A DNA stretch of 64,000 nt from Eledone cirrhosa (GCA_964016885.1 OZ024740.1:62000001-62064000), one strand, 5' to 3'. Shown: positions 38,858-52,689, numbered from the stretch's first letter. Notes: generated by a model from the sequence alone, not told the origin. A program made the numbers and translations.

Positions 38858-40511
38858 TATATATATATACTATGTTATACCTTATACTCTTAAGGTTATA
38901 TTTTTCATGAAAAAATAAGCCGAGTTTAACAAGGCTGTTTACAAAGTATATATATCATCATTTAATGCCTTTTAATGCTGGGAAAGTAGATGCTAAACTA
39001 TGGTGGGGATGAAATATATATATGTATGTGTGTGAAAAGTCAACGAGGAAAAATAACACAGGAGAACAGTACAATGCAGTGATACATATTAGTTGGTACA
39101 TATTAGTGGTACATATTAGTTTAATACTTAATATGATAGGAAAAGAGTCTTAATATTTCAGATGTTAGTCCTTTATCAGAAGATAGAAAAATAGATAAAA
39201 GGATAGATGAGGGTATGAAAAGGAAGAGAAATAATAAAAAGATTTACAGGAGGAAAAATGACACTGGTTTAATGAGGATGTTAAAGATGTCATCTGGGCA
39301 AAAAAGGAGGCTTACAAAGCTTGGTTTAGAAATAAGTCTTCCTTCTTGCACTTGCAATACTAACAAGTGAGAAAAGTCACAGCAGAGAGAGTAAAAGTAT
39401 CCAAAGTTAAGACATGGGAGGACTTTGGGATTATGCTGGAATTCAACAAATAAAGTATTCTGGCAGACCATCCACTGACTTTGTAATAAGAAGTCCCTCT
39501 CCACAACTGCTATCTAGAACCTGTCTGGGGTTCTTCTCCCTGAAGAGAAGTGCATTCTGGCAAGAAGGAAAGAATAATTTGCTGATCTCATAAACTTAAT
39601 CACAACATTATCTTCTGATGTACATGCGGTGCACCTGGGAGCAATGACTAACCTCTTGGAGGCTGACACCATGAGAGCATTTACATTACTGTATATATAC
39701 TATTATATTTTCACTGTAAAGGCTTTACCTCATATAATATCTCACACAATATCCAATCTATGAGATTTTGATATTATTTATTTTGAGAGTAATACCTTAA
39801 AATCAGTATAAACGGCTGGTTACAGCCAGTTTGAACAGAAAGAGGTGAGAGAATTCTGGCCGAGAGAATTCTGGCCTTAAATAGAGAACTTGTTCTCTGG
39901 ATGACTCTTTATATATACCTATATACATGTAAGACACCAAACTAATGGCAATCAGGAGTGATAATTCCCATTGTCAAAAAGCGAGACAAAAGTGATTGCT
40001 CTAATTATAGAGGAATCCCCTTGTTAAGACTGTAAAGACTATACTAAATCTCTGTCAAAGAGATATAGGGATATAGTTGAGTTCAAGCTAGCAAACAAAC
40101 AGTGTTGGTTTTTTTCCCTGGGACAGCTGACAAAATATTTATTCTGTAGCAGGTCATTCATGACCAAAGGTTGCCTACATAACAATGATATATATAATAT
40201 AAAATCTGAGTACGTTGTGTTTTGGGATAATAGAAAACAGAGTCAAATGGACAGGGTGAAATTGCTATATCATCAGTTGTCCGCTGAAAATCATCATGAT
40301 GCCTATATATATATATAACGAAGAATCAGTGATGCATTGGAACACAATTTATTACATATTGCAATTGTTTCTCTGGCAAACAGCTCGAGGTGCGATCTGT
40401 TTGTGGATCGAACCTGACTCTGGATTCGCAAGTTCCTCAGATACGTCTAGTAACCTCGAAGCCAATCCTCAACTGGCATACCGCCTATGGGCGCATCCAA
40501 GAATCCTTACT

Positions 40512-40548
<37 letters not shown>

Positions 40549-40585
40549 CATACATATACTTATGTATGTATGTATGTATGTACGT

Positions 40586-40620
<35 letters not shown>

Positions 40621-40812
40621 GTATAGGATTATCCTAGATGCAGTAATGGTTAATTACTACACTGGATAGAGTTGACGTACGGTGAGGGGTTACTCAACGA
40701 GTAATGGAAGAATATTTGAAGAAACTCAGTTCCTGATCCTTCTGTATTCCGGAGTGTAGATAAAGAATGAATAATAACAGGTAGACATCATTAAAAGGTA
40801 ATTTATTCTGTG

Positions 40813-40924
40813 TGCTTACAAATGTTTCCAGGATGGTTATACAGCCTAGTTATGCTATGTGCAAATTTATAACTATTTGCAAAACTCAATTATCAAATGC
40901 TGTGACCACTGTATCATCAGAGCA
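40813..40924 (-). ncRNA. Type I hammerhead ribozyme motif in pLTR (inverted copy)
   Basis: Reverse complement of 41955-42066 with intact core. Confidence 0.7.
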
Positions 40925-41954
40925 GAATGGTTAAAATGTAAAATCTAAATACCCTTAAGTGAGGTTATTGGGGAAGATAGAGTAGAAAAGGAAGAGAGAA
41001 AGAAGGGGAAAGAAAGAGAGAAAGAAGGGGAGAGGGAGAGAGAGAGAGAGGTATGCAGGGGTTGGAGAAATGTTGTGGTAGGGGTTTTATTATACTGGTT
41101 ACTCTTAAAGCGACAACCTTAAGCGATGGATGCGTTGATAGTTAAGGTTGGAATTATTTATTGCCACAGAGAGCAGGTTCATAGATGTGGAGAGGGAGGG
41201 GGGTGGACCGAGGGCGAGAGAGAGGGGACAGATGAAAGCTATGGGATGGGTGTACATTGAGTTCATAGTTGTAGGCTACAAATTGCACTAAGTATCTATT
41301 TATAGTGATAAGCAGGGTATTGTCTTGTAGTGTGGGGGATATAGTTAAGAAGAGAAAGTAGTTAGCTAGAAAGCAATGTGGTAGTTACGGGTTCGAATGT
41401 TAAGTTATTTTATAGTGAGAGAATTTAGCCTTCAGTTTGTGGTTGCAGTATAATGATCGTTCGATTCTATCATTTAGTAATTTATTTCTGGATTTTAAGA
41501 TGTAAAAGAGTTCAAGGTTACATAACCTACAGTACTGGAAAGTATATCCCATTTCAAGGTGAACTGTTGGTTGCGTTCACGGAGTTGCCAGGTCTTGTTG
41601 GCGAGCGTGGTCACAAAACGGTGATTAGGATGTTTAATTGAGAATCGATGACGATACCAGCGAGATTTAAAGGAGGTAGTGGTAGACCCGATGTAATACC
41701 ATTTCTGGTCGTTCGATTCAACAGTGCATTGGTAAACAATGTTGGACTTTAGGCATTTATTCTTCAATGGACATCTTTCAGGTAGGTGGCAGTTACAGTT
41801 TTTATTGATATCTGTATTCTACAAACCACTCTCTCCCATTTCTCCAACCCCTGCATATCTCTCTCTCTCTCCCCTTCTTTCTCTCTTCCTTTTCTACTAT
41901 ATCTTCCCCAATAACCTCACTTAAGGGTATTTAGATTTTACATTTTAACCATTC

Positions 41955-42066
41955 TGCTCTGATGATACAGTGGTCACAGCATTTGATAATTGAGTTTTGC
42001 AAATAATTATAAATTTGCACATAGCATAACTAGGCTGTATAACCATCCTGGAAACATTTGTAAGCA
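41955..42066 (+). ncRNA. Type I hammerhead ribozyme motif in pLTR
   Basis: TGCT-CTGATGA(41959-41965)-85-nt stem II region-GAAA(42051)-CA TT TG-TA-AGCA. Predicted cleavage after GUA at 42062. Confidence 0.7.
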
Positions 42067-42349
42067 CACGGAATAAATTACCTTTTTATGATGTCTACCT
42101 GTTATTATTCATTCTTTATCATCATTTTACATCCGCTTTTCCCTGCTTGCAAGGGTGGGACAGGAACTGATTCTGGCTTGATTTCTACAGCTGGATGCCC
42201 TTCCTAACACCAACCTCATTTACAGTGAGTGCTTTTTTCCGTATATATATACACTCACTCACACTCACACATACATAAATACCAGGAAATTTTAATTTTA
42301 TCATTTAATTCCTTTTTATTTCTTTTGCTTTTTTTCCATCACTATTTAG

Positions 42350-42466
42350 ATTCCTGACTACCTTACAGCAGCATCAACAAGAACAACATCAACAACATCA
42401 TCCAAAGGACCAGCCATTGAAGACACAGAATCAGAATTTGAACTGATGTTAGAAAGTCTTGATTGA
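42350..42466 (+). CDS. Probable terminal coding exon of the DCDC1-like gene
   Basis: Long polypyrimidine tract + TTTAG. Phase 0 matches the upstream exon. Encodes IPDYLTAASTRTTSTTSSKGPAIEDTESEFELMLESLD then TGA. No homology recognised. Confidence 0.5.
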   Translation: MPDYLTAASTRTTSTTSSKGPAIEDTESEFELMLESLD

Positions 42467-42643
42467 AAATTATATAATATTAACGCTTAACCCTTTTCAT
42501 ATGAAACCCCCCAAAAGCACCCTTGTTTCTACAATATATAACTTTTTGTTTGAAAGTGTTTATACAATATATAACTTTTTGTTTGAAAGTGTTTATACCT
42601 TCCATCATAATTTTTGTATGTATGTATGTATGTATGTATGTAT

Positions 42644-42950
42644 GTGAAGGCTTGTGGCTCTTTGGTTAGGGTATTCGGCTCACAATTGCAAGTCCGTGAG
42701 TTCAATTCCCGGTGGCGTGTTGTGTCCTTGAGCAAGACACTTTATTTCATGTTGCCCCAGTCCACTCAGCTGGCAAAAATAAGCTGTGCCTGTAATTCGA
42801 AGTGTCAGCCTTGTCACATTCTGTGTTGTGTTGAATCTCCCTGAGAACTCCAGTAAGGGTATGCATGTCTGTAGAATGCTCAGCCACAAGCAGGCTGTTT
42901 CATTGATTGGATCAACTGGAACCTCATCGTCATAACCGACGGAGTACCTT
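42644..42950 (+). mobile_element. tRNA-derived SINE
   Basis: A box TGGCTCTTTGG, B box GAGTTCAATTCCC, body GTGTCCTTGAGCAAGACACTT. Lies between (GTAT)n and (GGAT)n. Confidence 0.8.
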
Positions 42951-43789
42951 GATGTATGGATGGATGGATGCATACATGCATGTTGTCTTTTTTTCTTAAT
43001 TTTGAGTTTATATCAGACAGGTCACCTTCCCAGTGGTAAGGTTGTGAAGAAAAGGAAATTTTCCTCGTATTTTGATGGTTTTATATATTGCAGCCATTTA
43101 TAGCTAATGAATTAAGGAGCTACATTCTTTCTCTACAATTCCAAGTTCAGTCATACGTTTGTCCAGGCAGCTTTGTAGCTCCAATGATAGTAAGCATGAA
43201 ACTGAATATGTCTTTTGGTTCTGGATCTACAAACTCTTCATCAGAAGTCCATAGACCTTGTCTTGTATTTTTCTTACTACATTGACATCAAGTGGGCAGC
43301 TAACTTCTACAACAGAGAATGCTCTTAGTGTGGTCCTCAAACAACATTATTAGGCTCATTGTATTTGAATTTGGTGACAGATTTTATTTTTAGGCTCCAC
43401 CAGTATACCTTTGAACCATCAGTCTCAACATATTCCTCGCTATTTGTTGTTATTTTTATTTTCTACAGTGCATTCCAGATTATCTATATGTATGTGTGTG
43501 TACATGAATATGTGTGCATATGTCTGTCTGTCTGTACAGATGTATGTATACATGCATGCATGCATGCATGCATGTATATATATGTATGTACATAATACTG
43601 GTAATTGAGAACATTGTGCACTGAAAATCAGTGGATTTAGGTCTGCAGCCAAGAAATATAAATACTGTAAATAATTTGAGAAAAATCAAATTGCCCATGA
43701 AATAGTGAAGCATAGTGCCTCAAAAATACAAGCTGTTGAAGTTTTGTTTAATAATCCAGAGCTGATATTGCTTGCACTCTCTATAGTTA

Positions 43790-44290
43790 TATTACACTTT
43801 CAAAAGTATATATTACACTATCAGAAGCATTACACTTTCAAAAGTCTACATTACATTACCTATAGTATTATACTTTCAAAAGTCTACATTACATTACCTG
43901 TAATATTACATTTCCAAAAGTCTACTTACACTATCTGTAGTAGTATTACACTTTCAAAAGTCTACTTACACTATCTGTAGTAGTATTACACTTTCAACAG
44001 TCTACCTTACACTATCTGTAGTAGTATTACACTTTCAAAAGTCTACTTACACTATCTGTAGTAGTATTACACTTTCAACAGTCTACCTTACACTATCTGT
44101 AGTAGTATTACACTTTCAAAAGTCTACTTACACTATCTGTAGTAGTATTACACTATCAGTAGTAGTATGACACTTTCAAAAGTCTACTTACACTATCTGT
44201 AGTAGTATTACACTTTCAACAGTCTACCTTACACTTTCAAAAGTCTACCTTACACTATCTCTAGTAGTACTACACTTTCAAAAGTCTATC
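43790..44290. repeat. Minisatellite, 40/41-bp unit
   Basis: TAGTATTACACTTTCAAAAGTCTACTTACACTATCTGTAG repeated about 10 times with variants. Confidence 0.95.
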
Positions 44291-45302
44291 TAGTCACATA
44301 TGTGAGATAACTTGTGAGAAAAACCACATACAATGTGTATATAAATGTAGTTCTATCAGTCCCACCAAAACTCTGCTATCCCTTATGATCAAAGGTGTGT
44401 ACATCTACTACTAGTTTGAAAATCTATTTTGGACAAATGCATAAAGGGTTGTAACCAAATTCCATGCCTGGTTTGTTATAAAATATAAAGTTAGGCCTAG
44501 GTAATAATCTGAGGGCTCATGACAGAAAAGCTAACATATCTGATACAGATAAATGGCTGCAATAAGAAAGTGGATTCACTCAAAATCAAGTTGATGACCA
44601 CCATACATATATGTGTGTGTGTGTATGCATGCGTGTGTGTATATGTAAATGTATTTATGTATTTATACACATGATTCAGTAACTTGATGGCCTATTTGTG
44701 TATATATATATATGTTTTCCATAGAATGAGTGTATCTTGCTAAAATGTTTCTATATGTGCATACATAGGTTTGTTTCTCTATTTGTGTTTCTCTGTACTC
44801 ATGAATGGGATTGTGTGCATGCATGTGCACATGTTTGTGTATTTATATGTGCATGTGTGTGCATTTTGTATGCATAAATTTGGAAGTGATTTTTCCTCTA
44901 CTAATCTCTTGAAATATTATAGGGTTTGAAACCTCAAATCTTTTGTTCACTCTATTTTGACTGGAAATTAATCCTTTTCTATTCATTCACATGAAAAAAT
45001 AATAATAAACCCCAAAAGTGTTATGTAAAATAAAATTCAATAAATATGTGATTGGACAAGAAGTTGAATCATAAATAATCATTATTGTATGAAAGGGTAG
45101 AGGGTTGGACGTCATGCTTTGCAACAAAGAGTTAAGGCCCTTTATGGTCTGAGCTCAAATCCCGCCGAGGTTAACTTTGCCTTTCATCCTTACAGGGCCG
45201 ATAAAATAAAGTACCAGTAATACACTGGGGTAATTGCTGGCTTTGTGCCAAAAGTAGAAATACTTATTGTATGAAATACTGTAAGGTTAGGCAGATTTTG
45301 TT

Positions 45303-45646
45303 TCATCATCATCATCATCATTTTATGTCCGCTTTTTCCCTGCTTGCAAGGGTGGGACGGGAACTGATACTGGCTTGATTTCTACAGCTGGATGCCCTTC
45401 CTAACACCAACCTCATTTACAGTGAGTGCTGGGTGCTTTTTTGCCGTGGCACCTCCACGACCACTTTGCAGTGGAATGATAGGGACCTCAGTCCCTATCA
45501 TCTCATTTCTACAGCTGAGTAAACTGGAACAAGGTGAAATAAAGTCTCTTGCTCAAGGAAACAACACATCACCCGGTCCGAGAATTGAACTCACAACCTT
45601 TCTATTGCAAGGACAATGCTCTAACCACTAAGCCATATGCCTCCAT
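45303..45646 (-). mobile_element. tRNA-headed SINE with RTE-derived body and tail
   Basis: tRNA head (GGCTTAGTGG...GAGTTCAATTCTC), GGAAGGGCATCC motif, 3' end matching the RTE at 50888-52688, (GAT)n tail. Copies at 38138-38415, 42118-42240 and 50522-50871. Confidence 0.85.
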
Positions 45647-46905
45647 GAGATTTGTAGATGTTATGTGTAAATTGTTGTATGTATCTAATTTAGAATAAGG
45701 ACACCAAATCCCTGTGTGATGTAAGAGACAGCTAAAAAGGTTGGTATTCAGAAAGGTATGTGGCCATAAAACATTGCCTTAAAATGAATGTTATGAGTAG
45801 CATGAAGCCTGTCGTGGGTCCCCCTCTGCTTTAGCAGGGAAAATCACCTTAAATCACCTATTGTTGTTTTTATAACCCTTTTGATTTTCCTGCGTGAGTT
45901 CGGATCTCATCTTCATCGTCACTTTTATAACCTTTTTGATTGGTTATCGTTTCTCTGGTGCAGGGGTACTAACTCAGGTATAACTTCCAACTACAAAATG
46001 TGAGGCTCCAACCGAACTGTTGATGAGACACGTTGCTTATTCATAATAGTCTGCCAAGTCCATCTCTTTAATCCCAAAGGGTGTTCACCACAACAGTTGT
46101 TATTGTTGTATGTGCAAGCCACATACATTACAGAATAAAATGTTCTGTAATTCATTAGGTTACCACTGAAAGCTAAACAACCTAAGTTATCTCTTACCGT
46201 ACCCAGCAGACTTATGATCAAAGTTATTCAAGCTATGACTATCCTCCATCTTTTGTTTTGGTTTCAGGAATAGATGTTAGGGTGAGGTTTAGGTGATATT
46301 TGTTTGCTATCTAAATTTAGATATCATTATCATTCATCATCATTACCATTTAATATTTATTTTCTATTGCTTGTAAGGTCCATTTTGATTTGGGTTCTAC
46401 AGCTGGATGCCAATAACTTTACAGTATGTCCTGCCAGCATGGTTTCTACAGCTGAATGCCCTTCATAATGCTAACCAGCATGTACTAGGAGCATTTTATT
46501 GTGAGTGTGGCACAACAACCTTAGTGGATGGACTAATTATTTTTTGTTATGGTAACAGCACCAGCACTACCATTTTACAGGCTAGGAAACAAAAGTTGTT
46601 GCAATGAAAGAATTTATTCATATATAAAACTTCAAACAAAGTATTATCAAAAGAGATTTTTATCTCTCAGAAAACCAGAATTCTTTTGTAGAAAACTGGG
46701 GTTCATCAAAACCCATTTTGGAAAAATGTGTTCTAAGATATAGTTGAATAGCATAACTTAGTGGTTCGACTAAAAGAAATTGATAAAAAAAAGTACCAGA
46801 CTTAAAAAAATGAGTACTGAGCTCAATATCATCAACCAATTTATTTTAAGGCAGTGCCTCAGCATGGCCGCAATATTTGATTGAAACCAGTAAAAGAATA
46901 AAAGG

Positions 46906-46956
<51 letters not shown>

Positions 46957-46998
46957 ATGCAAATATATATATATTATATATATAATGCGAATATATAT

Positions 46999-47328
46999 CC
47001 GACCCCCCACGGGTACAAGCCGAAGCTGAAGCATATAGACAATATGCCCCCACACCCTCCCACTGCAAAGTGGTCGTGAAGGTGCCACAGCAAAATAAGC
47101 ACCCAGCCCACATTGTAAAGTGGACGTGTTGGCGCCACGGAAAAAAAGCACCCAGCAGTCACTGTAAATGAGGTTGGTGTTAGGAAGGGCATCCAGCTGT
47201 AGAAATCAAGCCAGAATCAGTTCCCGTTTGAGCAAGACAAGGTCAGGCGACCGGACATTGCCCACAACAGGACAACCCATCTAACCCATGCTAGCGTGGA
47301 AGAATGGACGTAAAACGGTGATGATGAG
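46999..47328 (+). mobile_element. 3' end of the RTE family of the intact element at 56268
   Basis: Aligns by eye to 59362-59685. Confidence 0.8.
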
Positions 47329-47650
47329 GATATATATATATATTATATATATAATTGTTTCTACTTTTGGCACAAGGCCAGCAATTATCCCAGTGTATTA
47401 CTGGTACTTTATTTTATCGACCCCGTAAGGATGAAAGGCAAAGTTAACCTCGGCGGGATTTGAACGCAATCTGTAAAGGGACGTAACTGTGCTGCAAAGC
47501 ATGGCGTCCGACCCTAATGCAAATATATTATATATATTATATATATAATGTGAATATATATATATATTATATATATAATGTTAATATATATATTATATAT
47601 ATAATGTGAATATATATGTTCACATTATATATATAATATATATAATACAT

Positions 47651-48428
47651 TCACGCAATGTTACATGGCAGTGAGACTTGGGCATTGTGTGCAGAAGACA
47701 TATGCAGACTGGAGAGGAACGAAGCTTGCATGCTCCATTGGATGTGTAATAGTAATATACGTGAACAGCAAAGCATAAACGAACTAAGGGAGAAATTAGG
47801 AATAAGAAGGAACAGATGTTGTTTACTCAAGAGACGACTACGTTGGTATGGTCACGTGATGCGCATGAAAGATGACAGCTGTATAAAAAAGTGCAGGGCG
47901 ATAAAAATAGACGGTAGCCACGGAGTAGGCAGACCCAGAAAAACCTGGGACGACTTGATAAATTCCGACCCATACACTTACACCTCTCCAAGACAATGTC
48001 ACTGGACTGAGATCTTTGGCGCTACACAGCAATACAGAAGACCCGCCTTGCCTAAGTACAAAGCGAAACCTACAGTCAGTAGGCACCTCTAACAAAAATA
48101 CACCCCTGTCCCTCTACCCCCACCCCATTTCGATGTAAAGTTATGTTGGTGCCACACTATCCAGTCCTAAATAAATGAGGTCGTGTAGGTGTCACGACAA
48201 AAAAAACACACAGTCCACGCTGTAATGTGGCCATGTAGGTAACACGGTAACAACCTCCCAGTCCCACACTGAAAACGTGGTTGGTGTTAGGAAGGGCATC
48301 CAGCCGTAGATAACCCGCCAGACAGTCCTACACGAGCAAGTCAACCAATGTTGCCCAAGTGGGAAAATTCCCGTCCAAACCCATGCAAGCGTGGAAGATG
48401 GACGTTTAAACGATGATGATGATGATGA
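47651..48428 (+). mobile_element. 5'-truncated RTE (family B)
   Basis: MLHGSETW...RWYGHVMR...GRPRKTW, then a long 3' UTR and (GAT)n tail. Confidence 0.85.
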
Positions 48429-48874
48429 TTATATATATAATGCGAATATATATATATATTATATATATAATGCGTATATATATATTATATATATAATGCG
48501 AATATATTTATATATATAATGTGAATATATATATCATCATCATCATCATCATCATCGTTTAACGTCCGTGTTCCACGCTTGCATGGGTTTGGACGGGAGT
48601 TATCCCACTTGAGGCAAGAGTGATTGTCTTGCTCGCATAGGACTGTCTGGCAGGTTTTCTACAGCTGGATGCCCTTCCTAACACCAACCACATTTACAGT
48701 GTGGGGCTGGGAAGTTTTTACCGTGTTGCCTACACGGCCACATTACAGCGTGGACTGTGTGTTTTTTGTGAATATATATATATAATGTGAATATATATAT
48801 AATGTGAATATATATATATATATATATAATGTGAATATATATATATATATATAATGTGAATATATATATATATA

Positions 48875-50498
48875 TCATCATCATCATCATCAGGTTTAGC
48901 GTCCGTGTTCCACGCTTGCATGGGTTTGGACGGGGGTTTTCCCACTTGAGGCAAGAGTGGTTGTCTTGCTCGCATAGGACTGTCTGGCGGGTTTTCTACA
49001 GTTGGATGCCCTTCCTAACACCAACCACATTTACAGTGTGGGGCTGGGAGGTTTTTACCGTGTTGCCTACACGGCCACATTACAGCGTGGACTGTCTGGC
49101 GGGCTTTCTACAGTTGGATGCCCTTCCTAACACCAACCACATTTACAGTGTGGGGCTGGGAGGTTTTTACCGTGTTGCCTACACGGCCACATTTACAGCG
49201 TGGACTGTGTGTTTTTTGTCGTGACACCTACACGATCTCATTTGTTTCGGCCTGGATGTTGTGGGACCAACATAACTTTACATTGAAAGGGGCGGTGTGG
49301 GTGGGGTGGAGGTGGTGGGACGGGGGTGTGTTTTGATAGAGATGCCTACTGACTGTAGTAGGTTTTTACTTTGTATTTAGGTAAGGCGGGTCTTCTCTAT
49401 TACTGAGTACCGCCAAAGGTCTCGGTCCAGTGACATTGTCTTGGAGAGGTGTAAGCGTGTGAGGTCGGAATTTATCAGCTCGTCCCATGTTTTTCTGGGT
49501 CTGCCTACTCCGTGGCTACCGTCTATCTTTATTGCCCTGCACTTTGTTATACAGCTGTCGTCTTTCATGCGCATCACGTGACCGTACCAACGTAGCCTTC
49601 TCTCGAGTAAACAACATCTGATCCCTCTTATTTCTAATTTTTTCCTTAGTTCGTTTATGCTTTGCCGTTCACGTATATTACTATTGCACATCCAGCGGAG
49701 CATGCAAGCTTCGTTCCTCTCTAGTCTGCGTATATCCTCTGCACACAATGCCCAGGTCTCACTGCCATGCAGCATTGCTGTTCGTATGCAGGCATCGTAT
49801 AACCTGCCTTTCATTTTTAGGGAGAACCCTCTAGCGGCTAATAGTGGTATAAGCTCTCTGAACTTTTTCCATCCAGTTCTGACTCTAGCTACTGTACTTT
49901 CAGAGCACCCTCCCCCACTGCTGATTTTGTCACCCAGATAACGGAAGCTGTCCACTATTTCTATAGAACCCTCTGCGCAGTTGAAGGAGCTAGTATTTTG
50001 TGGGCACTTGCTGCTACTTATTGCACCAGAGCACCGGCCACATGTAAAATCTATGTTCTTAGTTAGCTTACCTGTGATCCCACTACATCTTTTATGCACC
50101 CATACTTTGCATTTGGGACATAAAATGGAGTTTCTACCTACGCCTTTCCTACACACTGAGCATGGCCATTTCCCCGATGGGACCGCCGCCTTATTTTCTT
50201 TCCTACAAACTAGAACTTTAGTCTTAGCCAGGTTAATTTTAAGGCCTTTTGATTCTAGGCCGTGCTTCCATGTTTGGAATTTCTTCTCTAGTTCGGTCAT
50301 TGATTCAGCTATGAGCGTTAGATCATCTGCGTATAGGAGTTCCCATGGGCAGCCGGTCTTGAACTCCTCTGTTATAGCCTGAAGGGCAATAATAAATAGT
50401 AGGGGGCTAAGAACAGAGCCCTGATGGACGCCAACTTTTACGCTAAACTCTTCACTATATTCGTTGTTAATTCTAACCTTACTGACTGTTTCTTTATA
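48875..50498 (-). mobile_element. 5'-truncated RTE (family B), open frame
   Basis: GVHQGSVLSP, YADD and CSVC...CPKC..WVHKRC...CGRC in ORF 49377-50528. The 3' UTR has an internal duplication. Further 3' fragments at 48533-48768 and 53973-54470. Confidence 0.9.
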
Positions 50499-50887
50499 CA
50501 TATATATATATATAATGTGAATCATCATTCATCATCATCATTTCATTTTACGTCCGCTTTTTCCCTGCTTGCAAGGGTGGGACGGGAACTGATTCTGGCT
50601 TGATTTCTACAGCCGGATGCCCTTCCTAACACCAACCTCATTTACAGTGAGTGCTGGGTGCTTTTTTTCCGTGGCACCTCCACAACCACTTTGCAGTGGA
50701 ATGATATGGACCCCAGTCCCTATCATCTCATTTCTACAGCTGAGTAAACTGGAGCAATGTGAAATAAAGTTTCTTGCTCAAGGAAACAACACATCACCCG
50801 GTCTGAGAATTGAACGCACAACCTTTCGATTGCAAGCCCAATGCTCTAACCACTAAGCCATGTGCTTCCACTGAATATATATATATA

Positions 50888-52688
50888 TCATCATCATCAT
50901 CATTTTACGTCCGCTTTTCCCTGCTTGCAAGGGTGGGACGGGTCTTATTCAGCACAGCATCTCTCCACTCGTCACGGTCCCTCGTCATCTCCACCGTGAG
51001 CTTCAATGATCTGAGGTCTGTTCTCACCACCTCCACCCATGTTTTTCGTGGTCTACCTCTACCACGTCTTCCCTCAACTGGCAATTCCTGGCACTTCTTC
51101 ACCCATCGGTCATCCTCCATGCGCATCACATGTCCATACCACCTCAGTCTCCTCTCCCGTACGCTACATTCTATCCCTCTCAGACACAGTTTCTCTCTCA
51201 ACACATTTATGCTGGGTCGTTCACGCACATTTACACTGCACATGCAACGGAGCATGCTTGCCTCATTTCTCTCCAGCCGTCGCATATCCTCTGCAGTTGC
51301 TGCCCATGTCTCACTACCATGCAGCATCGCGCTCCTCACACAGGCATCATACAACCGGCCTTTCGTACGCAGGGAGAAACCCTTCTTCGTCAACAGAGGA
51401 AGCAGCTCCCTAAACTTCTTCCAACCCGTCCTTATTCTAGATACTATGGCCTCGGAACACCCTCCTCCCTAATCTGATCTCCTAGGTACCGGAAGCTATC
51501 CACCACTTCTATAGCGCCCTCTTGCATTTGAAAAATGTGTCTATCAGTGCGACTTCTACTGTCTAATTTTCCTGTACATCTACTGCATACATATTTCTCC
51601 CTACCTGTTAGTTTGCCTGCTATCCCGCTACATCTGTTGTGTACCCAGGATCTGCATTGTGTGCATTTTATAGAATTTATGCCAGTTCCTTTTCTGCATA
51701 TCGAACATGGCCATTTCCCTGACGGAATCAGGGTTTTGTCCTCTTTTCTACTCATCAACACTTTTGTCTTAGCTAGATTCACTCTCAGTCCTCTTGCTTC
51801 CAACTGCTGTTTCCATAGCCAGAATTTATTCTCTAGCTCCTCTACTGATTCTGCTATAAGAACCAGATCGTCAGCATAGAGAAGTTCCCATGGACAGCCA
51901 GTCTTAAACTCCTCTGTTATGGCTTGGAGGACTATAATGAACAAGAGCGGGCTGAGGACCGAACCCTGATGTACTCCTACTTGTATCTGGAATTCCTCAC
52001 TAAACTCCATTCCTACCCTGACTTTACTGAGAGTACCTCTGTACAAAGTTTGCACTGTCCTCACAAGCCATTCCTCAACACCTAGCTTCCTGAGGGACCA
52101 CTAGATGACAGATCGGGGTACCCTATCAAAGGCCTTCTCTAGGTCAACAAAGGCTAAGTATAGTGGCTTATTCTTCTCTAAGAACCTCTCTTGCAATTGT
52201 CTCACCAAGAAGAGGGCATCTGTTGTACTCTTCCCAGGCACAAAACCAAACTGCATCTCATCTAGTTTGACCCTTTCTCTAATTAGTTGTGCTAAAATCC
52301 TTTCTGCCACTTTCATAACCTGATCTATCAGTTTTATACCCCTATAATTGCTCCTCTCCAAAGCATCCCCTTTACCTTTGTAGCAATTTATGAGAATACT
52401 GCTGCACCAGTCTTTGGGTATGACACCACCATATATAGCCTGATTGATGATGCGTGCAACCAGTTTAGTGCCTGCGTCCCCTGATGCCTTCAGCATCTCA
52501 GCAACTATTCCCGATGGTCCGGCAGCCTTACCATTTTTCATTTCCCTAATCGCCTCTTGGACCCTATATTCGTCAATCTCAATAGCTGGTCCCTCTGTCG
52601 GATCTACCAAGGGTAATTTCTCTCTCTCCCATTCGTTCTCCACATTCATCAGTCTCTCATAATGACATTTCCAGGCCTCCTTTTTCAT
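50888..52688 (-). mobile_element. 5'-truncated RTE (family C, very short 3' UTR)
   Basis: RT ORFs 52101-52688, 51444-52064 and 50905-51393, with one stop and one frameshift. (GAT)n tail directly after the stop codon. Confidence 0.9.
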
Positions 52689-52689
52689 A

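Larger units (their letters stand above)
40620..42120 (-). mobile_element. 5'-truncated Penelope-like element (Naiad-type GIY-YIG end) with inverted pLTR
   Basis: Minus-strand CNCHLPERCPLKNKCLKSNIVYQC...YYIGSTTTSFKSRWYRH at 41400-41800. 41838-42119 is the reverse complement of ~40758-41074. Confidence 0.85.

Noticed and set aside
42644-42720. tRNA gene candidates (A/B boxes here and at 7004-7192, 45560-45646)
   Set aside because: They continue into SINE bodies and lack a complete cloverleaf.
43230-43246. CTGATGAAGAG on the minus strand as a hammerhead start
   Set aside because: Lies inside decayed RLE coding sequence, with no matching GAAA/stem arrangement.
43790-44290. CRISPR-like regular repeats
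   Set aside because: No unique spacers, no cas genes, eukaryotic context.
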